Source of the DNA: Botryllus schlosseri
Taxonomy: Eukaryota
Reading direction: 5' to 3'
DNA: 64,000 nt
Assembly: GCA_051294905.1 (NCBI GenBank)
Contig: CM119386.1
Span: 19,344,001 to 19,408,000, forward strand
In this document: piece after piece, positions 14,012 to 27,381 of the stretch
Numbering within the stretch: the stretch's first letter is position 1
How the letters are laid out: every line of letters begins with the position of its first letter
The notes under the pieces: model-generated
The model's database searches: none
The model's input: the letters and a program-made list of their open reading frames with translations, nothing else
Told to the model about the DNA's origin: nothing
Program-made: the position numbers and the translations under genes

Positions 14012-14223
14012 TAGGGTTGCATATAAAGCAAATGGTATTTTAAAGCACTTCGAGTAAAACATTTTCCAAACAGTATTTTAAAAAATGCCTTAAAAACAAA
14101 ATCGTAGACGTCACAACCAAAGATTCGTGATGTCATGACTCTAATAAAGAACGTAGGAACATGGGCCATGTTTTGAACATGTTTATTTTAAATTTATTTT
14201 GTTTTGTTTTAAATGCAACCCTA
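14012..14223. mobile_element. hAT MITE, TAGGGTTGCA family
   Basis: TIRs TAGGGTTGCAT / ATGCAACCCTA; TSD ATCATGGC / GTCGTGGC (2 mismatches). Confidence 0.75.
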
Positions 14224-15122
14224 GTCGTGGCCCGACATCAGCATAAAGCAGCATTAAGGGCATCGCTTGTTATATTCGAGAACTTCAGGGCATGAATCAG
14301 TAAGATTATAGGGTGTAATTACGAAATGACACCCAGTTGTACTGTACAAAGTGTCTACATGCTTATACTTCAAATACAGTCCTTCGACGGAAACTTTGCT
14401 TCGACCTTGAGGTCTTGAACGCCATAATACTATACACCGATCAAAACTATTTGCATAAATTCCACACATGCTCCAAAACACTTTGAGCTTCAGGATTACC
14501 GCGGACCAACCCTGGGTTAGGTAATGCAGCATGATGCACGACAATGTGGTCGACGATAAGATAGGATGAGGTTGGCTTAGTAAGGGTTATTATGCCTGCT
14601 GTCACGCATAGAAACCCCGAAGTATCAAAGATCTGAAGACTTCCCATGCTAAGTTGTCGCACGGAACACATCGACGTTTCTGGAGGATTCTCTTTGGTAA
14701 TTGATTAAAATAACATGAACTGCAATATGGACTACACGGAATGCCGAGAAATCTATTGCATTGTATCCCCCTACGGCAGGGGCGGGCAACTTCTCCAGTC
14801 GGCGGGCCGGATATAGGAAAATTAAATACTTGGCGGGCCGGATTGCTGAATCGATACATTATTCGCCCATTTATCCACATATACAAGGAATAAATCGTAT
14901 TTAATGAATGTATTTTAACGACAGTAATGTAACTTCAAAGCCATTTCTCGCCAATAATGACGAAAACAATGTGGATTTGAGAACAGCATTATCATACAGG
15001 CACCACTATGTTTGCTTCTCTCTGATCGATCACCACGGTGCAATCCCTAATTAAGATTTCAAGGCATTCGATAAGCCCGGTACTACAAATTCACCAATAT
15101 ATCTCTTCATTAGGGTTTAGTA

Positions 15123-15896
15123 CAGGTATGACCAACCTTTTTGCCATTCACGGCCGCATTTCGACTACTCATGTAGCCTACGGCCGCATTCCAGGGCATA
15201 GTCGTAATGAACTATCTGGACGCCAAATACACATGTTATAGTGTCCATGTCCTTTACCGGTGAACTCCGGACTTATCCATTTAATCACATAGGCTTACTA
15301 TACGCACCGACGTCGCGAGTGGTCACTGGTGACTGGTCATGGTTATGTTATGGGCCGTACATAATCGCGAAAATATTTTCCGATTCACCTATGAATTTCG
15401 TCACAAATAATAGTATTTTTCATATTATTTCTCATCCGATGTCATCAGATTCAACTGTAGATTTGATGGAGGGTGTGTTTTTCGAAAATTTAGGACAAGA
15501 TATCAATGATGATGCATCTTCGGGTGGGCCAATTATAATTAGTCACTTGGTTGCATGCTATTATTTCTTGACCTACCATCAAGATTGTCCGTATAGTGAG
15601 GAGTACAAGACTCCGAGTTGGTATTTCTATATGAGGCGCATCATTTTCCTCTGCTGTTCACGACTGTACTGTGGGGCCATGATTGTAAAGGGCGCCACTA
15701 TATTAAAATCGATAAACGAAGTCACATTGAATCGCGCGCAGCGCAAAGAAAATTTCAAGATTGATTAGGATCTCTCAAAAAATCGAGACTCAATTTGTAA
15801 ATTCAAATTGCATGTCGACGGCCGCCTGCACATACGGTACTAATTGAATTACTTGTCCACAAATTTCCCTTCTACGGCCGCAGGTTGGCCACCCTG
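15123..15896. mobile_element. hAT MITE nested in 14777-16448
   Basis: TIRs CAGGTATGACCAACC / GGTTGGCCACCCTG; perfect TSD GTTTAGTA. Confidence 0.9.
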
Positions 15897-16032
15897 GTTT
15901 AGTAGGTGACGAGATATAGCGTGGTTGTTCAACTGTGTGGCCTATTTTATCTCGATATTGAATTCATGCGGCCCGCGGCCACTACAAAATTTGAAAGTGG
16001 CCCGCGACCCGTTTCGAGTTGGCGACCCCTGG

Positions 16033-16150
16033 CATAAGCGATGTCTTACAAAAGCCTAGAAGTGTGTCGTGCTACAAGTCGACGGTTACGGAATCAAAAA
16101 TATGAAATATCGGCCTAGTGTAAATGACCATTGTAGTCGACAAACACCAT
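16033..16150 (+). mobile_element. 3' fragment of tRNA-derived SINE (same family as 53257-53533)
   Basis: Shares ...AAGCCTAGAAGT...GTGCTACAAGTCG...TCGGCCTAGTGTAAATGACCATTGTAGTCGACAAACACC with the full copy. Confidence 0.7.
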
Positions 16151-17657
16151 TATTACCACAAATGACATTAGGGTTGAGTACATCGTAAATGCCGATAATG
16201 CAAGTCTTCTCGCTTCGACTAACTTACGAGTAAGCACCACCCTCGCTCACTGCGCAGTGCGCATACATGTGCATTGTGCATAATAACGTACAGTCACTAA
16301 AATTTGACGTTTACGCAAGTAGCAGGGAATCTCTGAATACTGGGGCCGCGGGCCACATTATCATGTAAGACAGAAAACTGTCCGCGGGCCGGACAAAATC
16401 CCTTCGCGGGCCGGATCCGGCCCGCGGGCCGTATGTTGCCCACCCCTGCCCTACGGCAAAACGGGATTGCATTTAATTTGAAGAGACATGCGCAAATACG
16501 ATGACAAACGCGTGTCACGGATTTGACTGCTTTGTAAATTGAAACGCCAACCGCCGCTGTCTACTCAGGCAAATATTATTATATGTGAAGGACCTTTATC
16601 TTGTGCATTACGTGCCGATTATATAAATTGCCAGTCGAACACCACCATTAGATTACAGAATCAAATGTTATTAATTTTCTGGATGGAAGCCACAATATAG
16701 CAGGATGTTGAGAGTTTAACATACATGTGCGGTCAAATCGCATTTAAAAGTAACGATACGCGTAAACACGTGTGAGCTTATACTACGGTCAAAAGCATAT
16801 TGTCTGCTCATAAATATGCTCCTTAAGACACTTGTATTTTCCTTATATAAACAGCCAGAGGTGGTAATTTCATATTCAAATTGATCGGATGAACGCATAG
16901 CTAAGATGTGAAGAGGGGAATCACAAAATCAGTTCAGACTTCCGACGACTATACTGAAAACTTTCGCACTCTAGCCGTCACGAAAAATGTGCGCGTGTTT
17001 AGATTACGACATCTGTTATCGCCAATGTTGAAAGGGCTTGCTCGACAAAGTGCTGGATTGTCAATTTCTGTAAAATAAGCGAATTCAACGTAGCAACCGC
17101 ATCGGCGTATCAAAGAACGTTTATCGGCAAACGTATAATTTCAATTATATATTATTCGGAGGGCGTATTATTGGAGAGACCTAAAACAGGTTGAATTGAG
17201 GTTTGTATAAAATATGGTTCAAATTATATAATAATATGTAATCCTCAATGATATTTTGGCGAAGATATGTACGTAAACATATGAAAAACCATTTGTTTGT
17301 AGAGCATCGCTCAAGAAATGCACTGCTCATATTAAAACACACCTCCCCTCTCTGGTAACACCAAAGATTTAGGGCCCGGGTTTTTTCCAAGATGTCGCAA
17401 GATCGCGTATTCATGCTGGCTCTATAATTTCGACTTGAATGGACAACGGGCTCGCCGTTGTAGCTGGGGTCGTGTTTCTTAAATTACTGTTATGACACAC
17501 CTCGGTATGTCGAAGGAGATGCGTTCTCCTCAAGTATAGCCGCACGCCACGCCTCTGCCACACCAGGTCGAATCACCCAGATTCATAAGCTCATCCATCA
17601 TAATAATCCATCGTAGTTCAGCAATTTACGATTTGAATGCGTACTATTAGTTTACAG

Positions 17658-17765
17658 CAGTATGGTGTGTAGCCAACTTTGATGTCCGAGTATGGCCGGT
17701 TTCACAAAGCCCCAACGTTACAATCAACATGTTCTGCAACGGCTACACATTTGACTGGAAGTCAG
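17658..17765 (+). CDS. Isolated candidate phase 1-1 exon of an unknown extracellular-type protein
   Basis: TTTACAG| ... |GTGAGG, 108 nt, open frame VWCVANFDVRVWPVSQSPNVTINMFCNGYTFDWKS. Partner exons were not established. Confidence 0.25.
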
Positions 17766-19641
17766 GTGAGGTTATCTCGGACAGGTGTTGACAATAACGT
17801 TCAAACTTTGGATTCTGACCTTTGTAACGTAGACGCGATGATGAGGTGACAATGACAATACTGCCTTCCTACATATTCGGTAAGGTCGCGGCAGACACTG
17901 CATTTTTGTGGCTACGAGATGTATAACAAACTATAACTAATGCAGCATTTCCAATGCGTTTCACTCGTGTACCGGTATGTAATGCCGGAATCTGTGGGTG
18001 TGGGGCTCAAACGGTTCGGTGCAACAGCAATGATTTGATGCGGTGACCCAGTGTGGCATCTTATAAAACTACTAGAGTACCCAGGAAAAGTAGAAGCACT
18101 TTGTTGCTTAGAACCTCCGGTGGTGGGCGTACAGCAGTTTGGAACCACTGAACCAAGGATTCTGAATATAAATCAACGAATTTGAAAACCAGCTAGGGAC
18201 TTCAGGTTTATTCCAATATTTATAGATTGTACCGTTAGACAGGAAGAGTCATCTCATGCCAATTGCATGTACAAAGATCTGTAGGCCTATATTTTTTCGA
18301 ATTTTGCACGAAGAATGTCAATACAGTACTTGACGGAAACAAAGCAATCGCGGACTTGACGAAAACCCACGTTCTTTGTCGCAACCATTACATGGGCTTG
18401 ATGTAATCAGCTCTTGTGTCTCGTTACCAGCCAGCTAGCATGTGAGGAGTAAATAACAACAAAGACCTGCGCTACTGAGCTATGTTTTTGCACCTTCGAA
18501 CTCACGAATCGTCAGCGCTGGGTGTTCCACGAACTGTTTCGCTGTGGAGGTTCCGTTACTGCTGGTGCAAAGATGTAGCGAATCACTACGCGATGCGGTC
18601 TAGTGTCAACAAGCGAGGCGTCTCGTTACACCACGCCCGCGAAATCATCAATCACGCCGCCGCACGATCGTTTCGAAGCACGCAACGACTTCTATCGATT
18701 TGGTAAATAAAAATTATGTGAATGCAGCAATGGCTTGACGCAATAGATGACTCGAGCGATTACACCAAGAACCGTTAACAAGAACTGCAACATGCAGTTA
18801 CCGGGACGAGACGGCACTGATACGCAGAAAGCATATGAGAAATGCGTTGGTAAAACCCGGTGAATCATGGACTAAAACAAGTGTATCTCATATTATGTGT
18901 CACGCCGCAGTAAAATATTGCCCTCTACGCATCTACCAGTTACATGAGCGGTTGCGTTTACTGCTCAGAAAGATTGTAAAGGTAGTCAACACCTTCCTAG
19001 ACGTACGGCTGCACCAGAAATATCCAGGGACGTGCAACAGAAACTTGATATTGCAACCGACGAACAAAATATTTGCAACGTTCCGAGGAATTTCAGCACG
19101 TCCTGTGGGAATGAGTCACCAATGTAAACAGCTGATTGTTGCAACGTCCGCGCAATATCATTCCTACTCCTGGAAGATCTATAGCGCCATCTATCGTACA
19201 ATACTTGCGTTATTGCGAAGAGGGCAATGTATCATAAAACTTTTTAACACGGGAGTATCGACCACATGTAACGAAAGATGTAGCCAATAACGCACTCGTG
19301 CTTGTGTTGGTATCTTTATTGTTCATTTGTTCACTTTCAACGCCAAAATCAAGCTGGTGCTTAAAATACCGGATCAATAATAATTTTACTCAGCCTATAT
19401 CTTTCGACAATACCTCGAACCGACGGATGACTTTTGATAGTAATTGCACACGACCCTATAAACCCCGACACAGCTCGTTTGAAGCCCTTGATCGATTTAT
19501 TAGTCTGCGCTGGAGATTATCGGACACTGCTGCCCTACCTCGCCCAGACATTGCTTCATTGATCATTTGCCACCATCGTTTACATTTTATTTTTATTTTC
19601 CTTTTTTCAACTAACATTTTTTACAGCCAGACTGTACAGAG

Positions 19642-20319
19642 CAGGGGTGGCCAACCTTTTCAGCCAAATGGCCACATTCGATTGACGAACTATTGCGCGG
19701 GCCATTAGCCGCGCCAAGCGCAAAAATTTTTCGAAGTTCAGAGGTCAATAATATTGTCACTTGACTATATTGCGCGCCTGATGTATATCGCTGGGCTCAG
19801 TTTGCAAGGACTGGACTATTCGACGCCTGGACAATGGACATATCGATATCGAAAGCTTGGACCAACATGCGTCAATCATTTTGTGCCTAGGTTTCATAGT
19901 CGACGGTCTTTCTGCGAGCGCAAATGCAAGATCGCATATGTTGAACGACACTTTGTCTCGTAATCGCGAATGTAGTTAGACTCAATCTGATACATTATGC
20001 GTTCTTTCATTTTCACAAAGGGGTAACAATATTAAAAGCAAGAAATCGAGTGACAACATGTTGCGCGAAGCGATAAATCAATCGCAAATTATTCTGCTTT
20101 ATTGTAGTGTAAAAAGATCTACTAAAATGTGACTGGCTTATGGATCTGCCAATGCGCCGGAACTGATATTTTAGTAATCATATCTCAAGTGTTGCGGCCA
20201 GACTAATCAAATTTTTGGTTGGCCTTGCAAGTTCACAATCTGTGCAATCCATTTTTGATAATATTACTAATTTCGGAAATTAGTCAATTACCTCGCGGGC
20301 CACCGGTTGGCCGGCCCTG
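19642..20319. mobile_element. hAT MITE, CAGGG(G/C)TGGCCAACC family, copy 1
   Basis: TIRs CAGGGGTGGCCAACC / GGTTGGCCGGCCCTG; TSD GTACAGAG / GTATAGAG; homologous to 30451-31174. Confidence 0.9.
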
Positions 20320-20502
20320 GTATAGAGAGTCAAAGTGTACCAGTTCGATGCGGGTGTGATCAAACTAGTTGACCCTCAAGGTGGTATCGATCATCGCTAT
20401 CTAATACCGAATACTGTACAATGTGCATGCATACTTTCTGTTCCACCATAATTGCCGCCTGTTGTTATGTATATTGGTTGGATGAAAATAAAGACACACA
20501 CA

Positions 20503-20531
20503 CTCTCTCTCTCTCTCCCCCTCTCTCTCTC
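20503..20531. repeat. Imperfect (CT)n microsatellite
   Basis: Direct reading. Confidence 0.85.
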
Positions 20532-21724
20532 GATCTGGTATATCTATTTCGCCTGCCGACACATGCTACTTCATTTTCATTCTTGCTCGTTTTATGTTAT
20601 CTTACGTTACTTAATAATTCAGTGAACATACTGAAAATATGTCTCTTATCTGTATTAGGGCAGGGGTCTGCAATCCACGGCTCTTTTATGCCTCTGTTAC
20701 GGCTATTGGAGACTTTCAAAGGAAATTTGAACGAAGAATAGTTACGAAATATGATTTATCAATATTTAATATTATTTACTCGACCGAAACCCCATTTTTG
20801 CAAACGACACTACTGCGTAGTACTATTCCGGTTAATCTTTAGCTTGTTTACGACATTGCATTTTCAAGTGATTTTGGCGTACTGCAGGATCAGTAGTAGC
20901 CTAAGTTCTCGGGCGTTCTGACTGTGAGTCGCTACGAACGAATCGCTTACTGCGTAATGTTTGATCCCATGTTCACTACATAAACATTGGGCCGCGAGGA
21001 CTTGGGAAAAGAGTCGTTGAGATCACGGTTTTATCTGATATTCTCTCTAGGTTGTAACAACAAGAAGTCGCAACGCATGGTCACGCTGGATATGTGAAAT
21101 GCATTTGTCGAAGACGAGATGCAGGGCCGTCTTACCAGTTTATATCAGTAGTAGCATTATATTACGATAGTGCTCAGAAATTTCCTCACAATAGGGCATC
21201 ACCAACCGACATCTGGCGGTGATATCCTGGTATTCTTGGTAATCCTCTTCTCCTCGAACGACGTAAGTAACACATGCTTCTTGTCTTTACGATCAGAAAA
21301 TGTTACACCAAGAGGAATTCGGCAAGATTGTTCACAATAGTACCGATACATGATTGTTACAAGTTATAGATTCATCACTTTTTAGGGATGAAATAGAGTT
21401 AGCGGCTCTTGCTTGGTTTTATATGATGGCAAATGGGTGCACATGGCTCTGTCTACGTTTCAGTTTGCCCATCCCTGTTCTAGGCCAAGGGGGGTGTTTG
21501 TTGAAAAGAATTCTGCAATTCGTTTAACTCATTCCTATCGTTTCATTTCATCGCATCTTGTGATCTAATCCAAGACTTTTTTAGCTAAGATAAATAATGA
21601 GGTGAGTCACAATGGTCTTATAAGTATAGGGTATAGGTCTACAGAATAGAACTTTCAGACAACCAACCAATAATGACGAGAGAATAAACGGACGATAGTG
21701 ATCATATTAATTATAGCCAGCGAA

Positions 21725-21759
21725 TGGAAGCGTGGGTTCGAATCCCACTTCTGACACCA
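21725..21759 (+). other. 35-nt copy of the 3' end of mature tRNA-Leu including CCA (extended primer-binding site on the minus strand)
   Basis: TGGAAGCGTGGGTTCGAATCCCACTTCTGACACCA matches the metazoan tRNA-Leu T-arm/acceptor plus CCA. No 5' tRNA half lies upstream. Confidence 0.8.
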
Positions 21760-21761
21760 AT

Positions 21762-22015
21762 TGTTATGTTCTTGATCTTGTTCGAACAATAACTCAATAC
21801 GAAGAGATTGCAATAAGAAATCAGTATATTATCAGTAGAATAACTTTACGGCAGCGACACGATCCAGAGTGCAGTTAAATGAAACACCAGTAGACAACAG
21901 AACACAGGGTATAAATACGAAGCACGACACACGAGGAAATAATGATTGGCGGTAATTACTAATCCTAGACAAATAAGAAACAAACGATACCAACGTAAAA
22001 TGCACGAACATAACA
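21762..22015 (-). mobile_element. LTR of an LTR retrotransposon, without internal region
   Basis: TG...CA with a 10-bp terminal IR (TGTTATGTTC / GAACATAACA). On the minus strand it is followed after 2 nt by PBS TGGTGTCAGAAGTGGGAT. Confidence 0.75.
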
Positions 22016-22256
22016 TTTTCATCCGCTCAAGACGCGCTATGTAACGAAACGAAATGAGACGCAATAAACTATTTACTAACAGATCAGGGGTCCTTAACCA
22101 GGGATACGAATTACTAAAGCAGTGGGTACGACATGCAGTGTGTCTTGCAGTTGTGCGATATTCAGGGATATATTTGTGAAGAATGTGTTACAACTTACTC
22201 TGTTATATGTCTGGAACCGGTTGATTGTATAAAGTGCCAATGTCATATCTTTAAGG

Positions 22257-22571
22257 CAGTGGTTCTCAACCGGGGTGCCGATGGGACTGCACAGAGGTGC
22301 CGCGAGAAAATGAATTGAAAAGTGGGTATCCGCAGACAAAATTGATGGCAATGAAAATAAAATAAATTAGGGATATCCAAATTCTGAGTAGCATCTGGGA
22401 GACTGAGGACCAAGAAAATGTCATTACCGACAATCAGGCCCTGATATTGAGGCTTGGCCGAAAGTGATGACCTTTTTTATCACCTTTTCATGGTACTTGA
22501 AGTGCAAGCGTAACGCGATGTATTTTTACCTTTCATAGGTTGCTGCGAGGGGGCTGGGTTGAGAACGACTG
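22257..22571. mobile_element. hAT MITE, CAGTGGTTCTCAACC family
   Basis: TIRs CAGTGGTTCTCAACC / GGTTGAGAACGACTG; TSD not preserved. Confidence 0.65.
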
Positions 22572-23146
22572 CTGTTTCGTGATCGATTCTAGCCGAAATG
22601 GGGGTGAAAAACATGAAATAGTTTACCATATTATCAAATTTGCCAAAATGCCGACAATCATCAAAGATTCAACTGAATATTAAATATATTTCGGAGTTTT
22701 AGGCTGAATGTACCGTTGTCTTCAACATCCATCGATAATAATAGTCCTCAGTGAGGATACATTACTAATTGAACGACCGCTAAAACAACGTAGAAAATAT
22801 ATCATCATTAAATCATCCATTAAACAAGCACTTAAAAATCTTTTCTACATTCTGATATATATCCCGATATGGAATCGGACATCTGCTGTGATGTATACAG
22901 TATACAAATAAACTGCGCGAGCCCCAGAAACTTTCACTCAATGGAGACTGAATAAAGCATCGGACAAAAAATTCAGGCCCCGCTTCGGCAAGGTTTATTT
23001 GTCGGAGGTCTTTTATGCAAGAAGTAAAGACCGATAACGTCAGCCGAGCTTGAACTTCAGCAGCAACAATACAGACAGAATCGCGAGAGAACGATGACAA
23101 AATATTGTGTGAATGGGGGCCTTCCAAAATGCGTAGCCTATAAAGC

Positions 23147-23484
23147 TAGGGTTACCATATTTCATGATCAGGAATGAAGGACACTTTTTACAAATCACAA
23201 AATTTAGATTATTGGACCAGAAAGCTGCTGATTCTAAATTTTTCACCGGAAATCCTGTTGTGTTGACTAAAAAATGTCATATTTCAGCAGTCCTAATCCC
23301 GTGAGACCCGTTCGAACATTCACATTACGTATTTCGCGTCATTTATGGCGTTTTTTAGTTGTGCCTGTCCATTATCCTAACTGTCAAAGCTATAAGGAGG
23401 ACGAATTCTGAAAAAGGAAGACATTTAGGCGTCTTTGGAGTACATTTTCGATTTCCTGAAAACGAAGGACAAATGGTAACCCTC
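23147..23484. mobile_element. hAT MITE, TAGGGTTACCATA family
   Basis: TIRs TAGGGTTACCAT / ATGGTAACCCTC; partial TSD AAAGC. Confidence 0.65.
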
Positions 23485-26400
23485 AAAGCAAAAGATCTAT
23501 GAACATCACAGTATCCATTGCCGTGACGCAAATGACCTGCTGCATAAGCGATAAGCGCCAAAACAGTCTGCGTGCATTGAACAACATATTTAATAAATTT
23601 ATATATATATATGTAGTGATATTATAGTATCGAGGCCCATATGACTGCAATTAAGCGTATGCCAAAGTATAGTTGTGTCGCTGCTGATGGAATTATAACC
23701 ATATCAAAAACGTAAATGAGAATGGAATCCAGCAAATAAATGATTAATATTATTGACGTGGTAACTTCTCGGTACTTTTGAGAAATTTAGAATAACTTGC
23801 GAAGACGCAGAATGTTTAGAAAATAGGTTCAAAATTTGACTCCGAGCAGCTATAGTCTTTTTATATTTCTTAAACGACGTTTAGTCAAGTCAAGTTATTT
23901 GGAATACATGATTCGCGCTATGTGCGGTAGCCTAGACGGCTGAGGATTGATAGATAATTTGATTTTCAAGTTAGTAAGAAAAATAATTTTCCCGCAGAAA
24001 GAAGGTTCATCACCACGTGACCACGTTCGCGATCTAAAGAAATTTTTAGTTACAAAATAAGAAGCAGTACCCAATTGCAGCTACAACAATTGATCCTTAT
24101 TCGATGCACGGTTGTGCGGTTGTTAAATATTTTGCACTGATCGTTGAGATTGTCAATGTAGAAATGTTAGGAATCAATTCTCTAAGAAGTGGGATAAAGA
24201 CCATTATGTGTGACTCAATATATATGTGTACTGACTCAATTACATATGAAACCGATCTGTCAAAAAATGAATTCGGTGGAGAAGGTATTGTAAATTTATA
24301 TACAACCCTGTATCCTTCATAATGTTGGCGTGAAGAGTGGACAGTTATGGCCTGAATAACGAAATCGCCCAACAAGCTTGCGATCGACAGTAATTCGAAA
24401 CCGTCGACTCTACATAGCTTTTACATCTTATAGCAGAAAGTAGCAAAATTGACCTTGCCTATAGTTTTAGTTTAAAAGTAAGATACTGATTACTTGCACT
24501 CGAAGACTCTATGCCGGTAATTGATCTGCCTACGCCCATGGCACACGCAGTGCTGCATCATATTCAGTAACAGTCTGTATAATATGTAACGAACACACAC
24601 CCATTGAAAGACTCGGTTGGGGTATCCTACCATATGTATGGTGCACCAGACACCAAAATTGATAAGCGTTATTGTTTTAAAGCTATTTATCCACCATAAA
24701 ATAAGATTTAAAGAGCTCATCAAAACATTCTCTCAATTGGTTCTCGGTATGACACTCTTATAAGTGCAACACCCGTGACTTGGCTATTATAATACGCTAC
24801 ATTGTTCTATATCACTTTCTATACGCCGCTTTGCGGTTATGTTACTGTATCCATGAAGTTAATCAGGCTATGTGACATAGGTGAGGATTCGAAATTAATA
24901 TTAGCAACAAACAATCAAAAAGCGAGTCAGCTTGGCATATTCGATTTAGGGTCACATCAATCGTAAAAGAACTTTATCGGCCACTGCTGTACAAACTCAT
25001 CATTTCGATATACGTGTGGTTCTAACTGCAGGGAAATTAAATTAAGAAAGACAGTTTAGTTAGACTTGCAGATGACAGTTAGACAAGTGCAAAAGTGACT
25101 TTCAGCCTGTTCATATAGAAAGGGGTTGAAATATATCAATAAAGATGCACCCATATAACCAATCGGAAACTTTTAGATGAGACAGTATACATGTGATTGT
25201 TTCATGTAGAAAATATGTAGAGCACGTCATGGTTGTTGCATCGGGGTCGACGTTTCTGAGACATACGGTGTAGCTAGAAACATTTGATTGTGTTGCTAGC
25301 CCTCACATTGGGCAGGGATAAAAAGCCCATCTGAGATACACGCGAAAATCATGAGCTTCAAGAGTCTTTGGTAATCGACCATTGTATACTTAAATTTCCC
25401 TTGAGGATTTTGAGACTATAACAGATATAGTTTCCGGTCTTATTGTCACAATTTATATACAGTTTAAAACTCATGTTAGGTAAATTGAAGGAGCGAGTGT
25501 GTCCAGATCGACTCCAAGGCCTATTTCATATACACTTTCGGGTAATGCTAACTTTTCAACAAGCATCAACTTTTATCAGCATCGTTTAATTAGTGTCCTG
25601 ATGTCATAAAGTCCATATTATGATATTCGAAATGTTGCGGGTATTCTGCGCATTTGATCCGGTACATGTTAGCTTCATGCTAGACAGCATATTTTTTTTT
25701 TTGCGTTAGGAATCCACTTACCCTCAACCCCCCTCTTGCGAGTTGGAAACCAACTGTGGTTACACGAGTAAAATAGATTGCAGAATCACATAATCTCACA
25801 CTGTAACATAACATAAATTAGTTATATCGAGCACAATATGGAGTAGTACATATCCGTTGCAATGCAATATCCAATAGGTTTGAACTGATGTTCTGACTAC
25901 ATTGCTGTTACAGAGGCATATGACCACCTGGATGCCTTACTTTGTTTGTGCTATTAAAATTTCACAGTCTAGTTCATTTGCAGATGTCCAGGCATATGTC
26001 CAATTGTTCAAAATATTAATGGCGACAAAGTCAATAAAGTTGATATATATCATTCCAAAGGTTAGGCCTGGCCTTCATTAAACATTTGCTACGCGATTTT
26101 ATGAAAGAAGATGTGATTTAAGAGAACGAATCACGTTTTGAACGTACATAACGAAACTCGCGTGAAAACTGTTCCTATGAAAGATTCTTGGATGTCATTG
26201 TTATATGACACACGCTTCGTAAATACGGAATTGTCAATAGTGAGGCTATGTACAGGAGTTCAGGACAATAAAGAACTGCAGAAGACGTGATATTAATATG
26301 GACCAAGCTTACAGCCAGGTTATTCTTTGATTTAGCAGCGGCAGCGCTGATGATTAAGCTAAGTTTCATATCAACTACAATTTTCTTTTATTCTTATTTA

Positions 26401-27381
26401 GATTGTATTCACGTAGGCCTAAAGTTGAGATAATCATGGTGGAAGCCGATCCAGATTATCGAAGATGGTCAGATAACATTCTGCATTGGCAAGAAGCGCC
26501 ATATGTCTACCCGTTTTCCGATAAAGGGTAATTGAATTGAAATCATCCAATTCGCAATGAACATGCGACTGAAGGTAAACTCCTTGATTTATATCAGGAT
26601 CAAAGCCGAACGACGACTGCCGGTGCATCAGCCGTACGTCACAATGTATAACTCGGATTTCGTCACAAAGCCAATATCTATTCGACGATTGCGCCCAACG
26701 TCGATACACCGATTTAACAAACCGCATCCGAGGAGTACGTTCCATATCAATCAAGCCACAGACAAGGTTAGGGATTCTTTATTTTTGTACAATATTGTAC
26801 GTTAAATCCTGTTGTGTTAGGGAAATATATTTTATTGGTAGCGACATTACACATGTCGTCAATTGACGTTACTGAGTTCATGTGGGGCCTTAATGCATAT
26901 TCATTATTACTGCATTTTACTAAATTAGTTATGAGGTACATTGTTTCGTGTTGATATTCCATCGTTTGTATCCTGGCTGGACTGTGCGAAGGCGCTCAAT
27001 ACTCGCGCATCGACATAACAGTCTCAATCACAATGTTGATTTCCTCACGCTTACACGCTATAAAGCTATTCGATTTCGTGTTAATTGCGTTATGACGCGT
27101 AAAATTAATGAATCTGTTATCTAATATGATGATTAAGACGCAATCGTTGCCTTTTTGTGTAACTAATTCTAATATCGGCATTGCTGAACAGTGAACACCT
27201 TACAAATATCGAATGTTTGTAATCCTATTGTAATAGGTAGGCCTACAGCATTCACAAATCTTTGGCGCCATGAACAAAAAGCTGGCAACAGTATGGCACT
27301 GGGATTCCAGCCTCGTAAACTCAAGGCTATATGAACGTACTTAGTAAGGCTATGTTAGCTTCGAGTCAGTCGATTATACGA

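Larger units (their letters stand above)
14777..16448. mobile_element. hAT element containing nested insertions
   Basis: TIRs CAGGGGCGGGCAAC / GTTGCCCACCCCTG; perfect TSD CCCTACGG (14769-14776, 16449-16456). Confidence 0.9.

Noticed and set aside
14254-14544. Resemblance to Mab21/cGAS-like (GCHFV) or GPCR (SFDRC) motifs
   Set aside because: The two readings are mutually exclusive, rest on 4-5 residues each, and the expected flanking motifs are absent.
15241-15768. Longest ORF in the track (175 aa)
   Set aside because: It lies wholly inside a 774-bp MITE, has no transposase or other motif, and runs into typical non-coding subterminal sequence.
24104-24375. LINE remnant (SKNEFGGEGIVNL)
   Set aside because: It is a single short motif, with no RT or endonuclease motifs nearby.
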